Positions 1-11,245 of a stretch of DNA of 64,000 nucleotides are shown one piece after another. Made by a program: the position numbers and the translations under genes. The DNA is taken from positions 1-64,000 of the forward strand of contig CDROCS010005369.1 of assembly GCA_977020255.1 (NCBI GenBank), in the 5' to 3' direction. Numbering within the stretch: position 1 is the first letter of the stretch; the number at the start of each line of letters is the position of its first letter. This stretch comes from Obrimoposthia wandeli. Its lineage: Eukaryota. The notes below the pieces were generated by a model that did no database searches, was not told where the DNA came from, and saw only the letters and a program-made list of their open reading frames with translations.

Positions 1-684
1 CTAAAGTTAGCCATTACGTATTGCTTTCCAGCTCAGATTACGAAAGCGCTACAATATCGATGATTATTCAAATATGTTGTTCCAGCATTAAGAACACCAA
101 CCGATTGGTGCATCGACAGTTACCCCTGGGCGACGCGGATGCTGCAGTTCGATCTTAGCAGTATAATCGGCATAAACATCAGCTAACACCGTACCTTTAA
201 TGACAGTGATAGATTCCATCTGTTTACTACGCCAATCTTGCGTCTGCGTATGTTCACCATCAATAAAGGCCATAGATGCCAGCTTGATGTTGATCTCAAA
301 ATAACCAGCAGCGCCGGTTAATTAGGTAAAACCAAATAGAAAACCCCCATCGCTCTTCGTACCGATCAAAACAATATAGAAAACGCTTTCTTTCGCTTGC
401 GCGGGGTATAAACGATAACTGGCATTATTATCGGGGCAACGGCCAATATCTTGCGGCGCATTCAGCTGGCCACCGGTTTGGGCGAGCATTTGAAAACCAT
501 CACCGAGTATTCTGGCATCATGCTCAATCTGGGTCGGAAACTGCAGCACAGGAAAGTGATCATCGATTAACTGGTTACCTAGCCCATTAAATTGCAGGCT
601 GATTTGCTCATTGATTAATGCATAACTTAAATCGGGTTGCAGTGGAATAGCGGTTTGAGAATTGGCAAATATCATTGAAGTCAT
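1..684 (-). pseudogene. GH36-like glycoside hydrolase (putative alpha-galactosidase), frameshifted and running off the window start
   Basis: ORF pieces 322-735 (GDGFQMLAQT, GRCPDNNASYR; likely ATG 684) and 88-273 (..APIGWCS) resemble successive parts of the Vibrio-type GH36 protein, in different frames. Family call is from memory of sequence motifs. Confidence 0.6.
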
Positions 685-982
685 GTCAATAACCTTATAA
701 CATTGCTTGAAAACATAATACGTTGTTTCTCCCAATCACCTGCTTTGGGGGATTTGAAGTTTGTGTATTTTGTGTCATTTAAATGTAATAAAAGTGAAAC
801 AAATGTAGGTTTTTATCACCAGGTATTTATCATAGATATTGTTTTAATCATTACTTAGTTATTATTTAATTTTTATTAATGAAAGTTAAATAATGACTAA
901 GTAAATAAATAATAACAAACAACTAAATCAAAAGTAGTAAGACGCTACATCGCCTTCATCTTCGGAAAAATAAGAATAGCTT

Positions 983-3719
983 ATGTGGATAACATCAAAA
1001 TTAAATCGCCCAACGCGTCTACACAACTCGATCACTCGTACACGGGTTTTAGCTCATCTCCAAGAAGCAGCATTTAATAAATTAGTCTTATTTCGTTCAC
1101 CTGCCGGTTACGGTAAAACCACCATGGCCGCCCAATGGCTTAAAGATAACAGCCAAGTTGGTTGGTTTAATATTGATGAAACCGATAACGATACTTTTCG
1201 TTTTGTGAACTATTTCATTCAAGCAATTAACAAGGTTACCGATCAATCTTGCCTCAATTCATGCCTGGCTGAACGCTCAATACAGTTCTGCTGCCGAAAT
1301 TTATTCAGTGAATTGCTCTTGCCGAACCAGCAAATTATCAAAGGGAGTTTTATCTAGTATTACAGATTATCACTGTGTATTAACAATGATGAGATCCAAG
1401 GAAGGTCTACGTTTCTTTCCTTAAATACATGCCCGCGAATAACTGTTAGTTGTCACCAGTCGCACCTCTACCGCCACCTGCTGAATACTGCTAATTACGT
1501 ATCAAGATTCGCTCATTGAATTAGAGCAGTGAACTGTTAGCCTTTGATACCTCAAGAGAATTTTTGAATAACGTATTATTCCTATCCTCGGTGATACTGC
1601 TGAGATAAAAGTTAAGTATTATAAGAAAAAGATAGAAGGTTGGCTTAATGGCATTACAACTCATCGCTCCCAAGTAAAACAGAAACAACACAGTGGCAAA
1701 TCGACAGAGTGGATATCGCAAATTAAGCAATCGCATTTGTGGGACTATTTGGCCGAAGTTAAGAAGTATTTCTCTGATTTATTGATGAGCCAATAAGGCA
1801 TTTTTAATGCAGTGCTCCGTTTCTTACCTTATCCTTCAATACCAGCTTAATCACTGAGTTTTTGACAGTCAGCCACAGCCAATAACTACTCAAACTGTTA
1901 GACAACATGGGCTATTCCTGCATTCACTTGAGGGGGAGCAACACAGTATCGTTTCCATAATCTGTCTTTGCTGATTTTTGAAACACCAACGTCATACCAA
2001 GCCAGCCCAAAGTAGTAAACAGTTACATAAAGATGCTGTGCGCGCGCTTGTTAAAATATAATCCCTGTCAAGCCTTTTGCCCATGCCCAGCGTGCTAAAG
2101 ACAAAAAAGTAGCTTCAACCGCCGAGATTCATTAGCGCACGGTCAAGGCTACGTTTAATCAAGGTGAATTAGAAAACTTAGAAACCACCATCAGTCTATT
2201 ACAGCCGGATACTTTATACCAAAGCCCGCGCCTGCCGTTATTACGCGCTTGGTTAGCCCAAAGCCAACACAGTTATGATCAAGTTGGCGATTTATTGGCG
2301 CAAGCATTAATCGAATTAACGCAGCGAAAGATCGAGCTTACCTTAGCGCAACAAGGCGAGTTTAATGCATTGCGCGCGCAAGTGGCGATGAACCAGAACA
2401 ACCCAGAACTGGCACTGCAACTGGCTGAAAATGCCTTGGAACAGTTAGATCCAAGTAATTACCGTAGCCGCATTGTGGCCACCTCGGTGATTGGCGAAGT
2501 AAACCATGTACTCGGTCACTTAGATCAAAGTTGTCGATGATGCAAATGGCGAACGTATGGCACGTCAGTACTGGCGTTTACCCGCGTTACTATGGTCGCT
2601 GTTACAATGCAAAGCGAGACCGATCCAATCGCCTGGCTGGTCACATCCACCCAGCGCTCTGACCCGCCTGATAGCGCCGATCAATTGGCTGACAAACAGC
2701 ACTTACAACAACTGCCTTTGTATGAGTTTTTACTGCGTATTCGCAGTCAAATCTATTGGCGCTGGAATCATTTAGACCTCGCCGAGGAGTTTGCGCACAA
2801 AGGCTTAAATGTACTGCCGAAGTATTGCCAATCTAAGTATCTGCAATCGTATGCCATTTTAGCGCGCGTGCATATATCACGAGGTGAACTGGATAAAGCC
2901 GGTCGTTATATTGATTTGTGTGGAGAGCTTATCGAGCAATCTGATTTCCATGCTGACTGGATCGCCAATGCTAACTTTTCGCAATTGTTATATTGGCAAG
3001 CCAAGGGCAATAATATCGCGGTTGAACAATGGTTAGCACAAAGCAAACCCGTGGCTGACAATGCCTGTAATCACTTTACCCAGAGTCACGGCCGTAATAT
3101 CTCCCGCGCTTATATGTTAACAGGGAATTACAGCCAAGCACTGCAAACGTTAGCGCATTTACAACAAGCAGCAAGCCAACATCACCTGTTGTTCGAACAG
3201 CAAAAAAATGCCACGTTAGAAGCCGTGGTCTACAGCCAAGCTGATGATCAAGCGCAAGCACTGAGCAAGCTACAAACCGCGCTGACACTCGCGAATACCA
3301 CCAGCTCGATTTGTGATTTTTTGATTGATTCAAAAGTGATTGCAGAATTGCTTAACAGCTTATTAAAACAAGGCAACATGGCAGAATTAGCACGTTATCG
3401 CGCAGAGAAATTACTCGCGGAAATGTCGATCAAACGTCACAACCGTGCAGTTTATTTTGATAAGGCGTTTGTGCATAAACTGTTGAACAACCAAGATGTG
3501 CCAGAACTGATACGCACTAGCCCACTGACTCATCGTGAATGGCAAGTACTGGGCTTGATTTATTCTCGCTACAGCAATGAACAGATCTCGATAGAGTTAG
3601 ACGTGGCATCAACGACCATCAAAACCCATATTCGTAATCTGTATCAAAAACTGAATATTGCGAATCGTCGAGAAGCAATTGAAACCGCAGAGAACTTATT
3701 GAAGATGATGGGTTATTAA
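983..3719 (+). pseudogene. malT: MalT maltose regulon activator (STAND ATPase + LuxR HTH), interrupted by many indels between ~1250 and ~2590
   Basis: N-terminus [20 protein letters not shown] (P-loop); out-of-frame fragments EGW, HLWDYLAEV; intact C-terminal 375 aa with IRTSPLTHREWQVLGLIYS..TIKTHIRNLYQKL LuxR HTH. May be sequencing error rather than a true pseudogene. Confidence 0.9.
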
Positions 3720-3768
3720 CGCTAACGCGCAGTATTCAGCTCTTTACACCTAATCTCACTACTCATTT

Positions 3769-3800
3769 AATGCTAACGATTTATACCGTTGGCATTTTTT
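3769..3800 (+). terminator. Intrinsic terminator after malT
   Basis: AATGCTAACG-loop-CGTTGGCATT followed by a T run. Confidence 0.65.
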
Positions 3801-3977
3801 ATATCTTCATTAAATTCATACTTCCCCCTGACTCAGCGACCAACTTTACCATCAATTCAACGATGCTAAATCAAAGATGTACTGAATATGAATAAACTAC
3901 TCAGCTTATATTCAGTGTAAGTGTGGTGTAATAACTACATAGCAAAAACACACCCAGTTACCGAGAAACATAATCAT

Positions 3978-5304
3978 ATGAAATCTATTCATTATGCATT
4001 AATCGCCATCTTAACTACCATTAGCAAGCACTCCGTTAGCACTGAAATAGCGCTTACGCCGTTAAGACTTTAGCCACTGCGTAAACCATTCATTTTTGCC
4101 TCCCGGTATCATAATCGCGATGTCATTCGGGACGTTATTAGCGATACGACAATTTTTTTCAGACTCCTTCCTCGATGGGCTGGATAAACGCTATAAATTA
4201 CATAAATGGCTAGGGATCGCGGGATTCGTTGCAGCAGTGACGCATTGGTTATTTATCAAAGCGCCAAAATGGTTAGTTGATTTAGACATACTGATCAAGC
4301 CAATCAAAAACAAACACGGCAACGGTGAAAGCCTATCTTGGCTTGCCAATTTTTTCGACTACCAGCGCCACTTTGCTAAAGATATTGGCGAGTGGGCATT
4401 CTATGCCTTGATTATCTTGGTATTGCTGATGCTGAGCAAAAAAATCACCTATAAACTCGCGCGTCAAAGTCACAAGTTAATGACCGTCGTTTACCTGGTA
4501 CTCGTTTATCATTCAGTGGTATTGATGAAAATGGCAGATTGGGTTACCCCGATGGGCATTTTTCTAATGTTGGTATTAGCTGCAGGTAGCGTAAGTGCTC
4601 TCATTTCCTTGTTCGGTAAAGTGGGTAGTTCAAAACAAGCTCATGGCCAAATTTCAACACTCCAGCACTATACGGATAACAAGGTATTGGCGGTAACAAT
4701 CCAGCTAACCACCCCGTGGTCAGGTCATGATGCAGGCCAATATGCGTTTGTTACCTTTGATAAAAAAGAAGGTCCACACCCCTTTTCAATCACCTCAAGC
4801 TGGGGCGACAGTGGTGACATCAGCTTTAACATCAAGCAGATTGGCGATTACGTGAATACCTTACCGAGCAGCCTTGCCGTAGGTGACGATGTGATTGTAG
4901 AAGGCCCTTATGGTAACTTTAATATCGACAGTGATAAGCAACAACATATCTGGATTGCTGGCGGCATTGGTATCGCGCCATTTTTATCACGGTTAGACAG
5001 TTTAGCAAACCAAGAAAATACACTTGATATCACGCTGTTTTACACCACCCGTATGCCTGATGACGCCTTTATAAAGCAGGTAAATAACCGCTGTGAACGA
5101 GCTGGCGTCACCGTGCATATCATTAATACCAAACAACGCAGTGGCTTAACAGCAGTAGAAATAGCCGCGGTGGTTAATAATTTTAGTACGACTGATGTTT
5201 GGTTTTGTGGCCCTGCAAAATTCGGCAACATACTAAAATCACATTTTATTAAGGCAGGTTTATCACGGCATGACTTTCATCAAGAGCTTTTTGATATGCG
5301 TTAA
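3978..5304 (+). CDS. Ferric reductase-like transmembrane domain / FAD-NAD-binding oxidoreductase; 5' end apparently frameshifted
   Basis: LDGLDKRYKLHKWLG, HPFSITS, VEGPYGNF, WIAGGIGIAPF, FCGP motifs. ATG at 3978 with an RBS opens a hydrophobic frame that stops early, and the intact frame starts ~4096. Confidence 0.8.
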
Positions 5305-5359
5305 GGACGATTTGAGATCAGTTAACGACTATTTCATATGTGCTAACTGATTTTTAGCT

Positions 5360-5407
5360 AAAAAAAAGGACCTATCACTGTTATTAACAGCTTTAGGTCC
5401 TTTTTTG
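5360..5407. terminator. Bidirectional terminator between convergent genes
   Basis: A-run AGGACCTA...TAGGTCCT T-run. Confidence 0.7.
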
Positions 5408-5485
5408 GCGATGATAGTCAGTACATTACAAAACGACTTAACTATGACACCTAATTTAGTAACGACAATATCGTGACTAAGTTAT

Positions 5486-5755
5486 CTATTTTTCTGCTGA
5501 TGCGTCTTCGCTATAAAACGCTTCAACAGTACCTTTAACAGTCATCATAAGTGGTTGGCCACGACGGTCCAACGCTTTGTGTGACGGTACTTTTACCCAG
5601 CCTTCACTGATGCAATATTCTTCAACATCGAAACGCTCTTTGCCGTTAAGCATAATACCAATTTCGTGTTCGAAAACTTCAGCGTTATGGTGTGGGCTGC
5701 GTGGATTACCTGAAAGGCGATCTGGTAGAGCTGGTTTAGCTGTAATATCGTTCAT
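5486..5755 (-). CDS. DUF3297 family protein
   Basis: PDRLSGNPRSPHH..IGIMLNGKERFDVEEYCISEGWVKV..KGTVEAFY; likely start MNDIT at 5755. Confidence 0.75.
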   Translation of the reverse strand: MNDITAKPALPDRLSGNPRSPHHNAEVFEHEIGIMLNGKERFDVEEYCISEGWVKVPSHKALDRRGQPLMMTVKGTVEAFYSEDASAEK

Positions 5756-5866
5756 GTTCGTGACCTGTAGTAAATAAAGTGCGCTATTGTAGACAATATA
5801 GGCCTCACGCTCAAGTACTGGAGTGATAAATGTTGATCCTAGTTTCCTAAACACCCAAAAAATTGT

Positions 5867-6775
5867 TTATTTATCCCAATAGCCAAATCCGTCACCTAAC
5901 TTATTACTCATGAATTCGATGAACACTCTTACTTTTTCAGGAAGGTGTTTTCTCTCTGGATAGACTGCATATATGGCATGCTTTGGCAGAGTATAATCAG
6001 GCATTAATGAAATAAGTTCTTTTGATTTCAAGTGTTGTGCAACGATAAAGCTTGGCATCTGGCAAATACCCAGCCCATTCAATAATGCCTCTGCAATAGC
6101 ATCACTATTATTAACGATGAAGTTACCTTTAGGTTCTATGCCTATTTTTTTATTATCTTTGTAAAAAGTCCATTCAGTCCCGCCCTGAAATAAGCTGTAA
6201 TAAATACAATTATGCAAAGATAGCTCTTCTGGCTTTGCTGGTTCACCATGCTCTGAGATGTATTGTGGCGATGCGCAAAGCACACTTTTACAATCCACTA
6301 ATTTTTTGGCCACCAAGGACGAATCTTCAAGTTTGCCGATGCGAATGCCAACATCAAATCCTCCCTCAACTAAACTTACAATTCGGTCATCCATACTCAA
6401 GATCACCTTCACATCAGGGTACAAATCTAAGAACTCTTTTATGTAGGGAACAATATGTAAGCGCGTAAAAGTCATCGGTGCATTGATCTTTAACGTGCCT
6501 TTGGGTATGTCTTGCTGGTTATGTAAAGCAGCAAAGCCTTCGTTTGCAATCATCACCGCATTCCGAGCATAATCTGAAAAATGTTCGCCAGCCTCAGTCA
6601 AGGTGATACTTCTGGTGGTGCGATTAAATAACCGCACGCCGAGGTTATCTTCTAAAACCGATATTCTTTTGCTAACTGCTGATTTTGTCAACCCGAGCTT
6701 TTCTGCCGCTGACGAGAAATTGCCACTTTCAATGACAGCCACAAACACGGGTATTGCCGAAAAATTGTCTTTCAT
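5867..6775 (-). CDS. LysR family transcriptional regulator
   Basis: FSSAAEKLGLTKSAVSKRISVLEDNLGVRLFNRTTR HTH; 302 aa; divergent from the DMT pair. Confidence 0.95.
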   Translation of the reverse strand: MKDNFSAIPVFVAVIESGNFSSAAEKLGLTKSAVSKRISVLEDNLGVRLFNRTTRSITLTEAGEHFSDYARNAVMIANEGFAALHNQQDIPKGTLKINAPMTFTRLHIVPYIKEFLDLYPDVKVILSMDDRIVSLVEGGFDVGIRIGKLEDSSLVAKKLVDCKSVLCASPQYISEHGEPAKPEELSLHNCIYYSLFQGGTEWTFYKDNKKIGIEPKGNFIVNNSDAIAEALLNGLGICQMPSFIVAQHLKSKELISLMPDYTLPKHAIYAVYPERKHLPEKVRVFIEFMSNKLGDGFGYWDK

Positions 6776-6868
6776 ATTGTCAACTTATACTCACCAATGA
6801 TTATCATTATTAGATATTATCATTTCTTTTACGATCAATTAAAGTACTTCAAAACAATGGAGTAAAAA

Positions 6869-7327
6869 ATGCAAAGTATCAACAGATATTCAATCTTGGC
6901 GATTATCGGTGGCGGGTTATTGGCACTCATGATTAGTATCAACAGTCAACTCTCGCTGCAAACATCCGCCATCAATGCGTCATGGATAGCACACGGCTTA
7001 GGCAGCGTAGTGGCACTCGGACTTTTTCACATGACCAAAGGGGCGATGAACTCAACCTCGCCAATACTGAGACGAGTGCCTAAATTATATTATTTAGGTG
7101 GGTTACCAGGCGCATTCACCGTGATCTTAGCGTCCATCACAGTCAATAGCGCTATCGGCTTGTCGGGTACACTGGCATTAGGATTAATCGGACAATTAGT
7201 TTGCTCTATATTGTGTGAAACCTTGGGGTTATTTGGATTACAGAAAAAACAATTCAATGTTATCGACCTACTGCCTATTTCATTTGTAGTATTCGGTTCA
7301 ATACTCATTATTTCACAGAGGTATTAA
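6869..7327 (+). CDS. DMT family transporter (DUF606/YdcZ-like) subunit
   Basis: 152 aa, about five TM segments, GGLLALMISINSQL and YLGGLPGAF motifs. Confidence 0.8.
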   Translation: MQSINRYSILAIIGGGLLALMISINSQLSLQTSAINASWIAHGLGSVVALGLFHMTKGAMNSTSPILRRVPKLYYLGGLPGAFTVILASITVNSAIGLSGTLALGLIGQLVCSILCETLGLFGLQKKQFNVIDLLPISFVVFGSILIISQRY

Positions 7328-7329
7328 AG

Positions 7330-7773
7330 ATGGCGTTGTATATTTTACTCGCATTACTAAACGGATTTTGTATCGCGATAAGTCGTATATGGAACGGACA
7401 ACTGGCTAGCTACTACGGCGCATTTAGGGCTTCGTATGTTAATCACCTTATCGGTTTTTTGTTCCTTTCAATCGTCATGCTGTTATTACTGGAACCACCA
7501 CAACTCGCAACCAGTTCAAACATGTTTGTTTATTTCGGTGGCTTTATCGGAGCTTTTTATGTCGCCATTAATAGCCTAGTCATGAGTCGTCTAGGGTCAA
7601 CAAATACCATGATTTTGGTGATCACAGGTCAAATGGGCTTCGGACTATTGTTGGACTCATCGACGAACTCAAGCAGTGAATTATTGCTCAAGGCACTGGG
7701 GGTTATGTCGATTGTCATCGGGGTATATTTGAAACAAGCGATACAACACAAACAGACAAGTCTAGCATCTTAA
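7330..7773 (+). CDS. DMT family transporter (DUF606/YdcZ-like) subunit
   Basis: 147 aa hydrophobic paralog 2 bp downstream; FGGFIGAFYV, GQMGFGLLLD. Confidence 0.8.
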   Translation: MALYILLALLNGFCIAISRIWNGQLASYYGAFRASYVNHLIGFLFLSIVMLLLLEPPQLATSSNMFVYFGGFIGAFYVAINSLVMSRLGSTNTMILVITGQMGFGLLLDSSTNSSSELLLKALGVMSIVIGVYLKQAIQHKQTSLAS

Positions 7774-7844
7774 ATTGAGCTAAGTGGTTGAGTCAAATTA
7801 ACCACTTATTTCGATATTTTAGTACACTTGGTTTATTGCGCAGA

Positions 7845-8468
7845 TTACTTTGATTTTATGTAAGCGGTTATGTCTGATAACTCTTCACTGCTAAATAGCT
7901 TACTGACCTCAACCATTTTATTTTTGTGCTTGTTTTCAACATTAAAATTTCTTTTATCTGCAGCAAACAAAGTCAATTGTTCAAAAATGTAAGGGCCTTT
8001 TAAATGGCTTATTTTAGGGCTGTCGGTAAAGAAGCGGCCAATAGCGCTGGAATGACAACCTTTACAGTTTGTTGCATATAACGCTTTGCCGTTATTAATA
8101 TTCCCAGCAACCGTTTCAGTTGAATAAACAGTCGGTAGCGCTGCGTAATAGTTCGCTATATACCGTAACTCATCATCCTGCAGTGCTTTTACTTGGCGTG
8201 ACATTTCTTGAGTCGCAGCAGAGACACTGCCAGCACCGCGTTTTTCAACGCGGAAATTGTTCAGCTGTTCCATCAGGTATTGCTCGTCCATACCACCCAG
8301 TAACGGTGTATACTGTGTCGCAGATGTTGACGCGGTTGCTGAGTGACAGCTATTACACTGTAAAACAGTTTGTTTCACATTTTCATGAGGGTTTTCCACC
8401 GTGGAAGAACAACTCTGAAGCGTGATCAACGGCACCGTTAAAAATGCCAATACCAGTATTTTATTCAT
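7845..8468 (-). CDS. Diheme c-type cytochrome (c4/c553-like), probable lipoprotein
   Basis: Two heme motifs CNSCH and CKGCH, distal Met candidates, lipobox-like LQSC. Confidence 0.85.
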   Translation of the reverse strand: MNKILVLAFLTVPLITLQSCSSTVENPHENVKQTVLQCNSCHSATASTSATQYTPLLGGMDEQYLMEQLNNFRVEKRGAGSVSAATQEMSRQVKALQDDELRYIANYYAALPTVYSTETVAGNINNGKALYATNCKGCHSSAIGRFFTDSPKISHLKGPYIFEQLTLFAADKRNFNVENKHKNKMVEVSKLFSSEELSDITAYIKSK

Positions 8469-8514
8469 CTAATCTCCTGACTCAAATTTCGATAAAACAG
8501 TTTAACTAACGTTT

Positions 8515-8541
8515 CTTAAGAAAGACTTAAGAGAAACTTAT
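8515..8541. promoter_or_regulatory. CTTAA-N6-CTTAA-N6-CTTAT direct repeat, OmpR-family (QseB/PmrA-like) box
   Basis: cttaa gaaaga cttaa gagaaa cttat, 11-bp period, ~50-70 bp upstream of the cytochrome start. Confidence 0.45.
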
Positions 8542-8690
8542 AAAGCAATTTAAGAACAATTTAAATTTCAATATTTGCTCATCTTGATTCTGACTGCCCG
8601 AGTCTGGTAGTGGAACACAGGACATACGGTGATGTAAAGTCAGCGAGGATTTGCTGACTTGGTACTGGGGGAAAATATATGACGGCTGCT

Positions 8691-9809
8691 TTATAAGCGC
8701 GCTAATTGCGATTTTCTGTCTTTGTTCACAACACAAAAATTGCCACGTCTTGTGCGACACTTTGAACACCGTTCACATTCAACAGGCGCTCTGTCGCCGT
8801 CTTTCCAGCGCTTAATTAAAGCGGGTTCAGACAGTAAAGGTCTTGAGAGTGCAAAGTATTGAATATTGGTTTTATGTGCAATGTCTTCTATCGCAGCAAT
8901 ATCCGTTAATCCGCCAACAGTAATAACGGGCACACTCACCTCTTCACTAATCACCTGGCCATATTCATGGAAGTAACCTTCTTGTTGAATGGTGTATCCA
9001 TCAAAACACTCGCCAATCATAGTACTTGCCTTGCCATGAATATTACCTGAGATGATAATGGCATCCACGCCAATCGTTTCTAATTTTTTACAAATAACAC
9101 GTGTTTCAGCAAAGGTTAAACCACCCTCAAAAAATTCAGATGCGGTCAGTTTAACTAATATCGGATACTCATCACCGACAAGTTTTCTTATTTCAGCATA
9201 GATCTCTAATAACAATCTCATTCGATTATCTAAGCTGCCGCCATATTGATCTTCTCTGCGGTTATAATAAGGGCTTAAAAACTGATTGATTAAATAAGTA
9301 TGTGCCGCGTGTATTTCAACGCCATCAAAGCCTGATTGTTGGGCTCTTCGGCTTGCTTGAGCAAATGCCTGAACGATGTAATCTATTTCATCCTGACTCA
9401 TCGCTTTACCTAATGTTTGTGTACCAATTTCGCACACTTCACTCGGCGCATAGATCACCCTTTCTCCGACATTATGCGTGGTTTTTGTGCCACCGTAGGC
9501 AAGTTGCATGGCTATTTTAGCATCGTAGGTGTGTACCAACTCGGTAAGCTTTTTGTATTCACCGATAAAGGAATCATTGTACATTCCCATCATGCCGGCA
9601 TTTGGCTTCTCTTCTTCGACAATATTTGCATAACCGGTGATAATAAGACCGACTTCGCCTTTAGCAAGTTCTTCGTAGATAGCGTATAGCTTATCGGTCA
9701 TATGGCCTTCGTCGGTTGCCATATTTTCCCACGTAGCGCTGCGAATAAAGCGGTTTTTTAATGTCATATTGCCAATACGGGTTTCTTTATACAAAGTACT
9801 CAAGTCCAA
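8691..9809 (-). CDS. NADH:flavin oxidoreductase (Old Yellow Enzyme family) with C-terminal Cys cluster
   Basis: LKNRFIRSAT, GFDGVEIHAAHTYLINQFLSPYYNRREDQYGGSLDNRMR, C-terminal CERCSKC..FC; TTG start. Confidence 0.9.
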   Translation of the reverse strand: MDLSTLYKETRIGNMTLKNRFIRSATWENMATDEGHMTDKLYAIYEELAKGEVGLIITGYANIVEEEKPNAGMMGMYNDSFIGEYKKLTELVHTYDAKIAMQLAYGGTKTTHNVGERVIYAPSEVCEIGTQTLGKAMSQDEIDYIVQAFAQASRRAQQSGFDGVEIHAAHTYLINQFLSPYYNRREDQYGGSLDNRMRLLLEIYAEIRKLVGDEYPILVKLTASEFFEGGLTFAETRVICKKLETIGVDAIIISGNIHGKASTMIGECFDGYTIQQEGYFHEYGQVISEEVSVPVITVGGLTDIAAIEDIAHKTNIQYFALSRPLLSEPALIKRWKDGDRAPVECERCSKCRTRRGNFCVVNKDRKSQLARL

Positions 9810-10172
9810 TCCTCTTAAAATCGTTTTATATTATTCATCAGCATTCTAAAAAAACTAAAGCAGCCATACTGACGCATGCCTGCTTTAGTTGTCTATTTTT
9901 GCTATGAGCTATCTACAATGGCTAATGTTATCGACAATATGCATGACAATCCTTAATCTGGATTAAGCTAGTGTCATATATATCGTGTAAAAATCAGGGT
10001 TCTGGAAGATACACGTTTGCCAGAGTGTCATATGGCAAAAGTGTATAATGACAGCCAACTGAGACATTGTTGGACAACAATGGCTTAGGGTTAAAACTTT
10101 AAAAGACTCTTTTAACATGACAAAATACAAGTGTTTTTTGCCATATTAATTAATTTTGAATGGATAATTAAA

Positions 10173-10838
10173 CTAGCTCTTGTTTGCCATTTCTTGTAGA
10201 TGAGAAAGGGTGAAATCAGATAGCCGCCTAAGTTTAAAATCAGATATTTCAAACTTGTCGTCTGTAAATTCTAAATCCGATGGTACAGCTATCGTTTTAA
10301 TGTTGGCCGCTTTTGCTGCCATGATGCCAGACACGGAATCTTCAAACGCGATACATGTTGAAGGATCTACCTTTAGTTTATTCGCGGTAGACAAGTATAC
10401 AGCTGGATGAGGTTTTCCTCTGGTTTCATGTTCCGCAGAGGAAATAGCTTGAAAGTAATGAGCAATATCAAGTTTATTCAGCACTACCGATATTAATTTA
10501 AACGGCGCATTCGTTGAAAGACCTATTTTAAGATTTTGATGATGAAATAAAGCTAAAATTTCCTTCACTCCCGCCATCGGTTTACCCTTTTCGGAAATCA
10601 GGAATTCCACGCGCTCAACAACTTCATTCTCAACGTCCTCTAAGCTTTTACCTGACCACGGGAAATGGCTATACCAAAAATCAGTCACTTCTCGAGTCGT
10701 CATAGAGGCAGTATAAGCCGATAATCCATCACTCACTTCAACGCCGACAGAAGTGAACACGTCCTTCTCAGCTTCTTTCCACATAGGTTCTGAATCAATA
10801 AGAACGCCATCCATATCAAAAATTACAGCTTGTATCAT
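10173..10838 (-). CDS. HAD superfamily phosphatase, HxpB/YniC-like
   Basis: FDMDGVLIDSEP, GKPHPAVY, FEDSVSGI motifs. Confidence 0.85.
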   Translation of the reverse strand: MIQAVIFDMDGVLIDSEPMWKEAEKDVFTSVGVEVSDGLSAYTASMTTREVTDFWYSHFPWSGKSLEDVENEVVERVEFLISEKGKPMAGVKEILALFHHQNLKIGLSTNAPFKLISVVLNKLDIAHYFQAISSAEHETRGKPHPAVYLSTANKLKVDPSTCIAFEDSVSGIMAAKAANIKTIAVPSDLEFTDDKFEISDFKLRRLSDFTLSHLQEMANKS

Positions 10839-11171
10839 AACGATCCATTTAGAGTTTAATAGAGGGGGTTTGTAATTGATTTCATTTTCGCCAGCTTACC
10901 AATATAGCTCTGCAAGTTAAACCCCATTGACCGTTCTCGATTGATTCTTGCAGTTATGTTATATGAAAATGATTTCGACTCACCTAAGCGGAGAAGAGCC
11001 ACAAAACTATGACTAATCGATATCAACTTATTATGGGTAAGTTACAGCTCTAAGCTACTTCGGGGCAAATTCGGTTAGCGCTATTGCGCTAAACCGTAAC
11101 TGGACAGGAATGGCTTAGAGTCCAAGCTTTAAAGGGTATGGTTCGCATTACATAAAGTATGATGAAATTGA

Positions 11172-11245
11172 GATTAACGCTGCGTTAAGTAGTGAGCAAA
11201 CTGACACCTAACCTAAACCATTACGCCTTAAACGCCTTATTAAGG
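11172..11245 (-). mobile_element. Solitary attC-like (VCR-type) integron cassette recombination site, internally shortened
   Basis: Minus strand reads TAAT-aaggc-GTTTAAG...CTTAAC-gcagc-GTTAATC: R''/L''/L'/R' boxes with 5-bp spacers and an extra base in L''; it overlaps the GNAT stop codon. Confidence 0.6.

Noticed and set aside
11020-11170. Possible decayed second GNAT fragment on the + strand (AKP*LDRNGLESKL)
   Set aside because: Too short and interrupted to distinguish from chance
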